A program made the position numbers and the translations under genes. A model generated the notes under the pieces. It did not search any database, was not told where the DNA came from, and saw nothing but the letters and a program-made list of their open reading frames with translations. A stretch of DNA of 63,810 nt, filler included, from Intoshia linei (taxonomy: Eukaryota > Animalia > Orthonectida), in the NCBI GenBank assembly GCA_001642005.1. It is 14 parts of 14 records of this genome, joined end to end, with 100 filler letters (N's around TTAATTAATTAA, not from the genome) between each part and the next. Parts side by side here need not be neighbours in the genome. Positions count along the whole stretch, not along the records: positions 36,311 to 51,533 come from LWCA01000937.1; positions 51,634 to 54,971 come from LWCA01002112.1; 12 more parts are not named here. One strand, 5' to 3'. Shown piece by piece: positions 41,963 to 54,550 of this stretch (within the stretch, counting starts at the first letter, position 1; every line of letters starts with the position of its first letter).

Positions 41963-43147
41963 TCAGTCATCATTGGAAGGTTCAATTTTGTCTCGAATTA
42001 CGGAATATAACGTAAAAAGTTGGTGTAAAGACTGAATACGAGATTTTGGATAAACTGGAATGTCCACAATAGGGCACATGATATCAACATACTTATGTGT
42101 TTTAGTATTAATAGATGACAATGGTATAATAAGTGGAGATGTGATCAGTTTATTAATTCTTTCTGTCTGAATTTGAGAATCTTCATCATTAACATGCAAA
42201 TTATCAAACAAAGTATTAACGTCGTTGGGCCACTGTTGCATTAAATCATCAATTTGAGGCATAATTCTGGTATAATGAACAGTGGGAGGAGGCTGAGATT
42301 GGTGGATTTCTGTAATACTACTTATCCAATTTGATATTGCTTTTTTTGTGTGCTTGTCTTCATAAGATAAAGATTTAATGGGTTTAGAAGCAGAAGAAAC
42401 ATGAGAAACAACGCCACTGTCTCTAACCTTGTATTTGAATTTTTGCTCTAGTTGCAATTGAACAATAGTGGGATCAGATTGGTAAAAAGAAGGTTCGTCA
42501 ATATTGTTGATACCCAAATTCGTAATTTTACCATCCGGGCGATCTATTTTCAACATGGGATCAGTATCTCCAACCGAGGCCATGAATTGAGGTATAAATG
42601 GCTTTAGGACACAGTTAAGTTCAATAGACGTAGGTGTGTATTTATCTATCAAGGAAAACAATTTTTTGAGTTCATTTGATACATCCAAATGTTCGTAGTC
42701 TTGAGGATTGTAAGCACCTGCTAACGGAGTAGAGACAGTGCTCGTGTCTTCACTAACATCTCCAACTTCACTTTCCTCGCTTTCTTCAAATTCCTGCATT
42801 TCATTCGAACTAGTTTCTACATTTTTAGAATAATCGTATTGTTTTGTTTTGTAATTAATCTTTTCGTCTCGTTCCATGGTGGTTTTACTGTTTTTGTAAT
42901 AGTCGTTTGCAGATTCTTTTCCATCCTCAGGTTTACGTATACCTCTAGAACTCTGTAATCTGTGCATGATACTGGTATGAACGTTATCAGCTTGGGTGTT
43001 TGCATCATCTGATGGTAGATTTGGATTGTTACCATCATCTTCTGTAGACTCTCCAGCCAAAGTAATGGATTCGTCGTACATGTCGTTTTCATGTCTTTTT
43101 AAGGAAGTTGTAGAAATGTCCCTCCTAAACGATTGTCTACTTTCCAT
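41963..43147 (-). CDS. IFT46: Intraflagellar transport protein 46 (single exon)
   Basis: GAYNPQDYEHL, LKPFIP..VGDTD..RPD, DEPS..QSDPT, MPQIDDLMQQWP, IQSLHQLFTLY. Confidence 0.93.
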   Translation of the reverse strand: MESRQSFRRDISTTSLKRHENDMYDESITLAGESTEDDGNNPNLPSDDANTQADNVHTSIMHRLQSSRGIRKPEDGKESANDYYKNSKTTMERDEKINYKTKQYDYSKNVETSSNEMQEFEESEESEVGDVSEDTSTVSTPLAGAYNPQDYEHLDVSNELKKLFSLIDKYTPTSIELNCVLKPFIPQFMASVGDTDPMLKIDRPDGKITNLGINNIDEPSFYQSDPTIVQLQLEQKFKYKVRDSGVVSHVSSASKPIKSLSYEDKHTKKAISNWISSITEIHQSQPPPTVHYTRIMPQIDDLMQQWPNDVNTLFDNLHVNDEDSQIQTERINKLITSPLIIPLSSINTKTHKYVDIMCPIVDIPVYPKSRIQSLHQLFTLYSVIRDKIEPSNDD

Positions 43148-43279
43148 TAAAACTATGAAATGTAAACGGCAAAGTTTTCATCAATGACAACAATAAACAA
43201 ATGAAACAGTATTGATTAGTATCAATAATAAATATTACCTAGGAATGCCGGAAAATCACAACAAAACAAAAATATTTAT

Positions 43280-44596
43280 TCATACACTACTTCTGGTTAA
43301 CAACCATATTATTAGTGGTTGGTCGATGCAAATTAGCAATAGCATGTACATAATTTTTGTCCTATTGTCAGAATAACGGATGGTATCTGCATTAGGTTGA
43401 TTGGAGAGAGCAAGTTTGAGAGATCGCGTCTAAAATTAAATAATAAAAAAAGACCATTAATCGAAAGAAGGGTATAACTAGTTAAAAAATAAAAATCACT
43501 AAAAAAAAAGAAACTGCACAAGAGCACCAAACCAAACAACACATGTATGGGAAATAGCCAAATACATATCCCACTACACTGCATAAGGACATTCTAAATT
43601 TAAAATATTTCACAAAAAAATAAATAAATTACGGAAACAGTTTGTAACTACTATACGCTATAAGATCCAAATAAGCCAAACAATTTTTAATATTCGCAAT
43701 GTACATGTAAACAATGTATACAAAAATTTCCACAATCAGCCACGCCAGAGTTGAACTCATCAGTACTTGCATTTTTGGAATTGAAATTCTAAATTTCAAT
43801 GCAATCTAGTTTGATACTAAATACCCATGGGCCGTCGTAAATATGCAGCTCAACATAATGTATAAGAAAAATGACAAAGCTATATTAATATAAACAACAT
43901 GAACCAAAGTCAACCTGGGATGTATAGATCAGGTGCATTTATATCGTGATTAAACACATCAGCGTTAGAGTTTCTATAAGGAGATATAGTCCAATTCTAA
44001 AATATTGAATTATAGAAATGTAAAAAACTGAAAAAAATTACATTATGACAATAGGGAAACAAAATAATGGAACATTTTTTGTACACATATGCAGAATCCA
44101 CGGTAAAATAAGATTTAAGAGTTTCAATCGGTACAAAAGAATTAACCTAAGATTAAACAATAAAATCTATACCCTGAATATTCATTACTTTGTTTTCAAA
44201 ATATTGTTTCCCCTGAGTAGCCAATCGTCCACTATACATGTACGCCATGGAAGCAACTTCTCGATTTAAAGTGGAAGGTTCACTATTTGGTATATTTTTA
44301 TTATTACCCATGGCATCGTGACTTTGAGGAAAATTTTCGAAATTTGGTTTTATTGGCGCAGGCTGATTTTGATAATCTAAACAGTAACAACGTAAATATT
44401 ATACACACATAAAAGTACTAGGTTGAAACTGAGGTTGAATGTATTGCGGCGGGTGAGTTTGTTGCCTAAAATGAGGAACAAACTTATTTTGTTGATTATT
44501 CAATTGTTCATTCTGCCTGTTATTTTGAAAAGGTTTGTTTGAGTTTTTAATGTCGTTATTATTAATGTTATAATCAAAATCATTCCAACTATTCAT
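43280..44596 (-). CDS. YIF1: YIF1 ER-Golgi membrane protein (multi-exon)
   Basis: Spliced LKSYFTVDSAYV, DINAPDLYIP, SSTLAWLIVE, DLIAYSSYK, QPLIIWLLT; stop at 43280-43282. Confidence 0.88.
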
Positions 44597-44726
44597 ATCC
44601 TAACTTTTATTAAAAAATTAAATACTAAACAAAAACGATAATAAACAATATGAACTAAACTTTTCATCATTACTAAAAAAATAAAATTGAAATCAATTTA
44701 CATATTTTTATTTTACATTTCAAGAA

Positions 44727-47700
44727 ATGAGTGAACAATTACTTGTCTATCTGGATGAAAAGTTGAAAATGACTAGCAACGATTCTCATTTGAATGGGAT
44801 TTGGACCAATTTGAAAAAATTTTACACCGAAAAGTCATTTCTAATTATTATTTCTCGTTATATTTTATGCAATACATGTATTTAGATTATGGCATCATTT
44901 AACTTTGGCTATTTGTGAAATTTTGTCTAACCCTGATTGCAAAGGTTTAGTTAGTGCACGAGAGGTTTTTGTTTTAAAATTTTTTTTATTTGAATTGTAG
45001 ATTTATCAAAATTTAGTCTCTAAATTTGAAGGAAAGTAAGATAATTTTTTACATTGTACAGTGTTTAGAATCAATTTACTTGCTTTAGCCAATATTTGTT
45101 GTAAAGCTTCTAAAGAATTTGAAAGTAATTGTTACATTTTTGTGAGATGGACTTTTAGTTCATTAAACAAAGATATTTGCCTATTTTTACCCGCGGGTAT
45201 CGGCCAGAATCGACTCTATCGTAGGGGAAGAATCAAATTAAAAATTTTCAATTTTTAACCGGCTTCTTTAAACCGGCTGTCATATTTACAAAATATGATA
45301 TTTGTAAAGCCTACAGACTCGCGGTACCAGACTGACCAGGGCGGTGGGCTTATCCGTACCGTTTCAGGTTCTACTAGAGCCGAGTCAGTTACAATTATAT
45401 ATTTTTTAATTTTCAAATACAAATTTTAATTTTTAGATGTCCAAGAAAAGTGTGAGTTTTTGAATGAAAAAAAATCTAAAGTTATTTGAATTTTTTTTCG
45501 TATATTTGATTATTTTTATAGATTGATACCGATTTTAATGCTAAAGTTTTGATCATCTCCGAATTGGCTTTAATTCATATTGCAAATAATGATAAAGAAA
45601 GTACTAGAGTAATTATTACATAATAAGGTTACATTATCTGCATGCCACTAACGATTATGTGTAAAATAAAAATAGTATTATCCCTTTGTTTCAACTCTGA
45701 TGTCACGTCAAGTTCTATTGGAATATTATTATTTTTTTAAATATTTTTTTTTTCAGTTAAATATCCAAATGGGTTGGCCCAAGCAAATTTGTGGTGAGGT
45801 CTTGGGGCTGGAACTTTTTTTACAATCCTTACACATACAGGCTAATTCCTATTTAACTTAACAAAATTTTTGATTAACGAACTGAATTTTTCTAAAGTAC
45901 AAAAATGTCGTTAAATTTTAACTTAAAATGACTAGCATTATTATACTAAAGCTTTTTTAGTTGAAATTAAAACCTTTATACGTAAAACATTTTATTTTCT
46001 TCTTAATGATGATAATAATGGTTGATTATTAATTATATGAAATGAAATGACCTGCAAATATAGGTTAAGTGGAATGAAAATTAAAAGATTTTCATTGTTT
46101 TAATGCAATGGCTTTCGGTTCAAATAGTGTATCCCATTTCAAAATATTTATTTTTTACCCCAAGGGAAACATGAAATATAAAACATTGATGAAAAAAATA
46201 AAGGTTTTTCATCATAGGATTTAGTAAAATTGTGTTTTTCACAAAATTATTGGAAAAAGATGATTTTTCTATTAGGGTTGGTAAAATTTAATTTTTTTTT
46301 TTTAGGTGATGGATTACGAAGTTGTTGCCCATAAGATTTAGTAAAATCGGATTTTTCAGAATAATAATGGAAAAGAGGATATTTCCTTTAAGCGTTAGTA
46401 TGATTGGAGTTTTATTTTGGGGTTGGAATAAAAGGTTTTTATGATAAAATTTGGTAAAATCGTTTTTTTCAAAAAAATATTTGATAAAGGGTATTTTTCC
46501 CTTGCGTATAGGGTTGATAAAATTGGAATTCTAATTAAATTTGTAAATTTTAATCTAGATTCATGTTATTTCATTAATTAAATTTTTTTTTGTTTCTAAA
46601 ATTAATTAAGGTCTCTAAAATTTTTAATGCTTTTAATATTATATATGAATTAAAAATTTTTATTTTTCCCGGTTCTCGACTTTTGTCATTTCCCGGGAAA
46701 TCACAATCACTAGTTAACAGTTTTTAAAGTCATGAGAATTATCATAAATTGCCACCTCGAAAATTTGCATCTTGACGGTGAAATGAATTTAAATTTAACT
46801 TAATGAATCCTAGAATTTTATAAAAATCACAGCCACCGTAGTGACATATGAAGTGGATCAATTTTTCTATATAAAATTAGTTATATCCAACCAAAAAGTA
46901 AACTTTCGACTAAACATAAACATAACATTTCGACATAACAGTCAAGCTAGTTTTTCATAAAAAAATAAACGTCATAAAATTGTAAATATAAATTTTTTTC
47001 ATGCACCAAAACCTTGTTGACAATAACTGAATGAATTTTGATTATATGCAATTTTCAATTAGAATGTATTGAAACTTCAAACGGAGAGTAATATAATATT
47101 TTAGAAACTTGTAATAGACAACAATGAAGTTAAAGATATCAGTGGTGTTCATTATTGGGTACAGGCAAAATTTTATAAGGCGACAAACATATATTATCAA
47201 ATGATTGGCCAACACACTCAATTTTACAACCATATAATGCGATATATTAGCTGTGTGGATGTGGATGATCTGCCTGGTAATTTTCCCATACTATTAAACA
47301 GAAAACTCTTTTGACAAAAAATTGTGTTAACAAAAAATATAGTAACATTTAATTTTTAATAATAATTAGTAATTAGTGTTTTCTATCGAGAAATTTAAAT
47401 TTTCAAATTTGTGAGGGAACTGAGGAGGTCGATTTTTAAAAATTTGTTCTATAATTGATTACGTACCAATTTATCCTAATCAGGGGTGGAGAAAGTGGTA
47501 CCGTATTCATTATTAAACGCGGCCTTTTTGGAAATTTTAAATAATTTTGTAATTTATCAACATTTATAATACAAATTAAATTTAAATAAAGAAATGTTTG
47601 GAACATAGTACATTTTTATCCGGTTAATCATTAATTACACCGTCAACGTGAAATGGGTGAATGGTAAGGGTGTACTATGATTTTTTAACTAAAAAATAGA

Positions 47701-48767
47701 AACTTTCTAAACTAAAACTGAAAAATATTTGAAAATTACTCACTATCAAGATGTTTCTCTGAATTGTTTAAATTTAATAAATCAAGTTTTTGAACAGAAT
47801 TATTTCAATGAATTTTATTTGTTTCCATTAATTACTCGAGGAATATAATAGAAGATTCAAAGATATGATATTGCAAAACATACATTTTGAAAAATTTTAT
47901 CATACCCTCAGGGTAAGATAGTCTCGACTTTGCTCAAATGTATATCGAATAATACTTTATGCTATTTTCTATAATCTATAAATTTTTTTTGAAAGGAGCG
48001 ACCTTCCAATTACATTAAAAAATTAATTTTAAGTTAGTATGTAGAATAAATAATTTAAAACGTTTAGTGACTGAAAAAATTGATTCTGCATACAAAGCCT
48101 CTCTTGCTGTGATTTTATCTAGAGACATTTATAATTTTGGAGAATTGGTGATTTTTAACTTGTTTATACTTGTATGATTAAATTTTAGTTGGCTCATCCC
48201 ATTATGAAAGTAATCCATGATGATTTAGAAAAATTTTGGGTGTATGATTTAATTCATGCCTTTAATTATGGAAACGTAAAAAAATTTTTTTCCCTCAAAG
48301 AGAAATGGTCGATTCAAGTAATTCAAATTCATACTATTAAAATTTAATTAATACATTAATAGCCAGATTTGTTGGCTGATACAGATTTTATGATTGAAAA
48401 AATGGCTCAAATGGCATTGATGGAATTGGCTTTACAAAATAAGACGAGTTCTAAACCCATTTCTTTCCAACAAATTGCAGAGTTTTGTGGAATATCATCA
48501 AATGAAGTAGATGAAATGATTATGAAATCAATGGCAAATAATTTGATTGATGGAAAAGTTGACGACGTAGATGAAATACTTTTTGTTGATAAAATTCAGA
48601 CCAGAGTACTTCAAAATGACCAAGTAATTTGTTGTCCAAGTATGATGTATTTATTTTTTATGCAGATAATACAATCGAAGGAACGTTTGAATAAATGGAT
48701 CGAAGAAATTAATAAAATTAAGCAATTTTCTTCAAAATACATAAAGATTGAATCTGAAGCTGTTTAA
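44727..48767 (+). CDS. PSMD13: 26S proteasome regulatory subunit Rpn9 (multi-exon)
   Basis: KLWHHLT, exon 47105-47276 (FYK..YYQMIG..RYISCVD), IYNFGELLAHPI, PCI domain (EVDEMIMKS..LIDGKVD..RVL). Confidence 0.92.
45188..45396 (+). ncRNA. Candidate structured intronic RNA
   Basis: GC-rich island in a PSMD13 intron with several complementary segments and ACA after the last stem; family unassigned. Confidence 0.35.
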
Positions 48768-48819
48768 ACCCATAAAATTAAAAATAATACAAATTTAATA
48801 ATTGACTCTATTTGTTGTA

Positions 48820-49539
48820 TTATGATAATCTGTATATTTCCATTTCATCAGTGTGTATTTGCTCATTGTCACCGTCAGCAAAAGCTAAATGCAATTTTGT
48901 ATTACTCGTCATTGTAGGACTCCTTACCATCACTATCCATATTCCAATACAATACGTTGTAATAACAAATGAATCCACATTCAAAGTTTTGTAAATGACA
49001 ATACTGCAACCCTATGTATACGGTATTATTTCATTAATATTGCTTACTTCAGCATTGCTATATAAATAATAAAGACACACTATTCCATAATTCACGGGCA
49101 TTCCAATATTTACAATGAATACACACTAAAAAATCTTTCATTTATCTTGCAATTAAAATATTACCAAAACACTGCCCAGAATATTGTCTTGATAATATTT
49201 CAAGTTGTGAATAAATAATAGATAAAAACAAAACAAGAACTGAATACTCCCACAAACCATGATGAGGAGTGACATGTTATATCCATAATAATTATCTACC
49301 AGTTTAGAAAATATTTCATTTGAACATATCTTTTTATAAGCTTGGCTAGTCAGTAAACTGTTTAGGAAAAAACCAAAGAGGGCGTTGTAATATCCAATGA
49401 TCTAAAAATGTACTTTAGAAATTTTAAAAGATTGATTCAATACCAAAAGGAGTACTATGCAATTTTTCGAAACGAAATCGTACATGATCATTATTTTGCA
49501 TTGCATTATAAAAGATAAATTGTCCCGTTCATTCACCAT
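48820..49539 (-). CDS. Orphan four-transmembrane protein (about 200 aa)
   Basis: Four exons joined in frame by three short GT-AG introns: MVNERDNLSF..IVLLL|IIGYYNALFG..GSVL|CVFIVNIG..NAE|GCSIV..YRLS*. Confidence 0.6.
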
Positions 49540-49589
49540 TTCAACCTTTTTTAATGTATCAAATTGTGTATATCAGGTTTTATTGTTAC

Positions 49590-50820
49590 TATTTAAATGT
49601 CGTTTACTTGTTTCATAGCTTCACAACTATAAATATTCTTCGACCGCTGCAATGCTAAAATTTTAAGATTTATTCTGTCATTGCTAAAGCTGCGTTTTAG
49701 AAAATCTGTTAAAGTGTGCCGTTTGAGGTTTTTTTGACTAAATAACAAAAGATTTTTAATTACAGATTAATTATTTTAAAAATGGTTTAATATATTCTTC
49801 TTTATACAAATATATTTTTTTTCATAATGTATTTCATATCCGTCATCAATTGGCATATGGTAGTATTGACTAGATATTGTCAAATCATTTTTTGTTATAT
49901 TTGGTAACTAAAATGAATTATATTACAAATATTTTCGATTTTTTAACCTTGAAATTTTTATTATAATATAGAATATTTTTCATCAATTGCCAATTTGTGA
50001 AATCATGATGAAATTGTTTAGGTAATTTAGACATATGACTCTTCATTTTATCGTTTGTAACCATCTAAATACAATAAAATGTATTATAAAATAAGGCGCG
50101 GGTTCACAATCATTTTTGTATTGGCTTCAACTATTTAATAAAACCAAAGTAAATTAAAAAAGTTTCAATTGTGAGTTAGTTAATTAAGCAATACATATGC
50201 TACTAACTTGCTGTTATGTACTTTGTACAAACATCATCTAGCTCTGCTGGTAGTTGACTTTTTTAATTATACATAAAAAATAAATTCACAACTGATAATT
50301 AAATAGTTTTCCAAATAAAAAAATGAAATATTATTAAAGTGTTTTTTTGACCATGAAGGCGTATTTTTATCAGATTGAAATTTTTTGTGTGTGTTAACTT
50401 GATATAAATGTATAAATTGTTTTAAATTCTAGGACTATTTTAATTTTTTAAAAAAAGAATAATCTGGGTTTTGATCGTGAAAATGCACTTTTTTGAAGTT
50501 GCAATTTATTATAATGCTTATGATTTTAAAAACTATCCCAGACTATTGTTTATTGTTATTATTATATTCAACTTTTTATTATTTAATTTATTTTTTTGGT
50601 AGAATAAAAAAAATCTGTCCTCGGCAGAGCTAGGTACTGTTTGTACAAAGTACCTACCATCAAGCTAATCAATATATAACATACAAAACATTGTTTTCCA
50701 TTGGCTAACGTAGCATATATAGTAAATAGATCGTCTGTACATCTAAAATAATACATATCAGCGATTCTACCGTTATAAATAAAAATCATTGGGAACATAA
50801 AAGTATCACTTATAAGGATA
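49590..50820 (-). CDS. Possible 3' exons of an unidentified gene
   Basis: Open frames bounded by AG/GT at about 50692-50820, 49948-50064 and 49594-49738; no homology recognised and phases not fully resolved. Confidence 0.25.
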
Positions 50821-53800
50821 CTAATTCAGAAGTTCTGAATCAGAACATATACTGCTACATATATTGTATATCAGTGGTTCTCAACGGTCGGCGAACCCCC
50901 TTGGCGGTGATTTTTCAATTTTATTTCACAGAATACATAATCTAAAAATTTTTTTTATTAATAACAAATAATCTCTAAAAAGAGTTAATAAATGTATAAT
51001 TTAAATTTTTCAAAATCTTAACACTAATACAATTTTCTTATCAGTAAAAAACATCGAAATTCGAAAATGTGTAAAGATTAAAAACGATAAAAATATAAAA
51101 TTACTAGCTTGACTGTTATGTACTTCGTACAAACAGCATCCTAGCTCTGCCGAGGGCGGACATTTTATTAAAAATAAATTCAATAAGAAAATTTAACCTA
51201 AATATGTTCCAGGAACATTGCTCCTATTCACTATTATAAATCATTTAAAGGAGTGTTCCAAACTTGTGGACCCGTCATATCACATTACTTTTTAATTTAA
51301 AGTGAATTATTCCATCTTAATTTTTTGTTTGTTAACATTTGCGTAAAGAATTTTAAAAACAATTTTTTATCCCATTTTTTGAATTTATCAAACAGGTGTG
51401 TATAATTTAAAAATAAAGTAAAAACAGTCAATCCTAAAAATTGTCATAAATAGCATAAATTCCAGAAAATAATAAAAAAATAAAAACCTATTTTGTCATT
51501 TTCAATGTGATAATATATATTCAGTACCAATTTNNNNNNNNNNNNNNNNNNNNNNNNNNNNNNNNNNNNNNNNNNNNTTAATTAATTAANNNNNNNNNNN
51601 NNNNNNNNNNNNNNNNNNNNNNNNNNNNNNNNNTAATTAAATTTCAAAAAAATATTCACAAATACGTTTAATTTCGAATATAATATATAAAAATAACATT
51701 TTTAATATTTTTTTATGAAGAAATTTAAAAGCAATGTATTTAAGTTACATTTAATGGTTATGAAGTATAGTTAAACTCAAGTCTAAGGAACACAAAATTT
51801 CAAAAATTCTGATGTTCACTATTAAAAAAATAGAATCAAATAAGGAAAAATATGAAATAACTTTTATTACTTCCTAATCATATAATCAATGTTTGAGGGT
51901 TCTTCTTTTTTTTAAATTCGTATATATAATCTATTTTATAGCAGATATTTTACCAATTTTTTAAGGAATGATTTCAGTAAAAAAATTTCGAGATTATGAA
52001 TATGCATAAATTATGCTGCATAATTGCCTCAACTTACGTAATTCAATATGTTGAGGATATATGCTAGCATAGATTGGCTAGTTGGCAATGGCCACACTTA
52101 GCACGTAATCGCTCGCGTTATTTTAAATTTATAACGCAGTTACTCGCGTGAGGTAGAAACTACCCCAGCTATGAAATTTGTATAGAAAGTAAGATTTATC
52201 TTCGAAAATAGATTTCAAAAATATCGTTTATAAATGAAGAATTTAACTTTATATCTGGCAAATCTGCCCCACTCGAGTATTTACGTGTTAATTTAAGCAA
52301 GACAACTAATTGGCATGTTTACGTTAAAAGTATATATTTAGAAAGAAAACTCATATTTACTTAAAGTAGAGGCGCGTCTAATGGAAGTACAGGTATTTTA
52401 ATTCAAATTTGTGTTTTTTAATATTTTTTTAAGAAAAAATTAATTGATTTTTTGGAATCTCAGGACGAAAATTTAGTTGTTAAAATTACCAGGAGGTTGA
52501 ACGATACAGGTTTTTATTTCTATTTACTACTAGCTTGACTTTTTGTACTAAGAAAAAACAGTGCTAGCTCCGACGATGGTGGACATTACTATATCTTCTA
52601 AATCAGTCACACCTAGAGCTTATTATCGTAAAAATGGTGTTTTTATTTTTGTCAAGAAATTTTAAGTTTTATTATTAATATAAATTAAATTAAAATTAGT
52701 ATTATGGTATAAGCCTTTAATTNCGAATATAATATAGAAAAATAACATTTTTAATATTTTATTATAAAGAAATTAAAAGGCAATGTATTTAAGTAACATT
52801 TAATGGTTATGAAGTTGAGTAAAACTCAAGTCTGAGGAACACAAAATTTCAAAAATTCTAACATTCAAAAATTCAACAAGCATTAAAAAAATCTTGAATA
52901 TCATAAATAATTTGTATTTTAAATTTAAAATGCCAACTTAAGAGTCTCAGAAATGTGGATAGAGTTATATAACACTACAATTCGTTTGCAAAATTTTTTA
53001 AAGTTCGGCACTGAGATCTACTATCCAACTGATTTAAATCGTTAAATAGATTAAATTTAAGGCACATGAAAATTATTAACGTTATTCAGTGAAACTTCTT
53101 TTTATTTTAATAAAATGTTTACGTTCACTAATAATAATAACAAATGATCGATAATAAATAATATTATAATTTAATTTTATTTTATTATTTATTTTAATTT
53201 TATTTGTTAAAAAGAGAGTATATTCATTTTATTTAAAATTTTTCTTGTGGACCACTTAAAATTTCCTATGGACCACTTTTAAAACAACTGATTATTATGG
53301 ATTCTTATTATTGTTATTAACATACTAGGGAACATAGTGAATATAATCGATATTTTCATTTCATTATTGTTTGATATTAACATAGCTGGACATTTATATC
53401 AAATTTTGATAATTATCAAAAGTTATATCTCAATTGATTTTCTATAACAATTTATAATAATATCACCCTTAACAGAATTTCATCAATTAATTAAATTTTT
53501 TTGCATAATCAATATCTGATTCTTCAGAGAATCCGAAGAAAATTTCAATTATTGCTCATTGAGCAACACGAAACAGCTCATTTTTAATTTGAACAAATCA
53601 TGATATTTCAAATTAAAATGTCATTGTAAATAATTGTATAATTGAGTACATGTAATTCTATGACTTCGATTAGAAGCAAGCTTATTATTTTTTGAGCTCA
53701 CATTACTCTTAAAGCATTTCAAACGAAATGTAAAATTAACAATACTAAAATTACTATATAAATATACCCCTGCCTATCTTAAAGACTTTGTGGTAGAAAT

Positions 53801-54550
53801 GTAGTGATGACATTGATTATTATAAAGATTTACTGGTTTATATTGATAGTTCACGTGTAAAAAATTTATATTGAATTATTGTTATTGTAAAGGCTCTTTA
53901 AATTATCCTCCTACAACAAACATTTCAGTAATCATTACAACTTAAATTTTGCATTTCAAATTAAAACTTTAAAGTAGTGCATTTAACTTAAATTTTAAGA
54001 CAATTACATTTTAATGATTAAAAGATTAAAGTATAATCATTTCAAAATGTACATTACTCCGTAATCAGTGTAATGTATTTCTGTAATTTATATAGTATTT
54101 TCATATTTATGTATTATTTATCAAATTTTTCCAATTAAATATTTTGAAATGGATTCTTTTTTTTGTCAAACATAATGAAAAAAATTTGAAAATATAATTA
54201 AGGATGAAGATTTCAAATTTTACAAAATGTATATAAATTTAAATACACAAATATTTATCTGACAAATAAATTATAAATGTATTGATTACAATTTATTCTA
54301 AATGGAATGTTGCCACTATGTTGTTTGTAAAAAAACGTATTTAAAGCTAAAATTAATTAAACAATTTTTTTTTAATTATTAGACAAACATTATATTTTTG
54401 CTTACTTATTCTTATCATAACATACATGTAAAACTAGAGTTAAATACGCATATTTTCATGTATAGGTTATTATCAAATTAGATCGATTAATTACATTAAT
54501 ATTAATTTAAAGAATACAAATTAATTAAATTTTTATTTTATATTCGCAAA

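Noticed and set aside
45300-45395. Hammerhead ribozyme (reverse-strand CTGA..GAAAC) or U1/U4 similarity
   Set aside because: The CUGAnGA core and NUH cleavage triplet are not met; U1 and U4 signature loops are absent.
46200-46520. GGTTGGTAAAA-type degenerate tandem repeats (also about 12965-13040 and reverse 5580-5670) as telomeric or CRISPR arrays
   Set aside because: Degenerate minisatellite without unique spacers or regular TTAGGG runs; probably repeat-derived.
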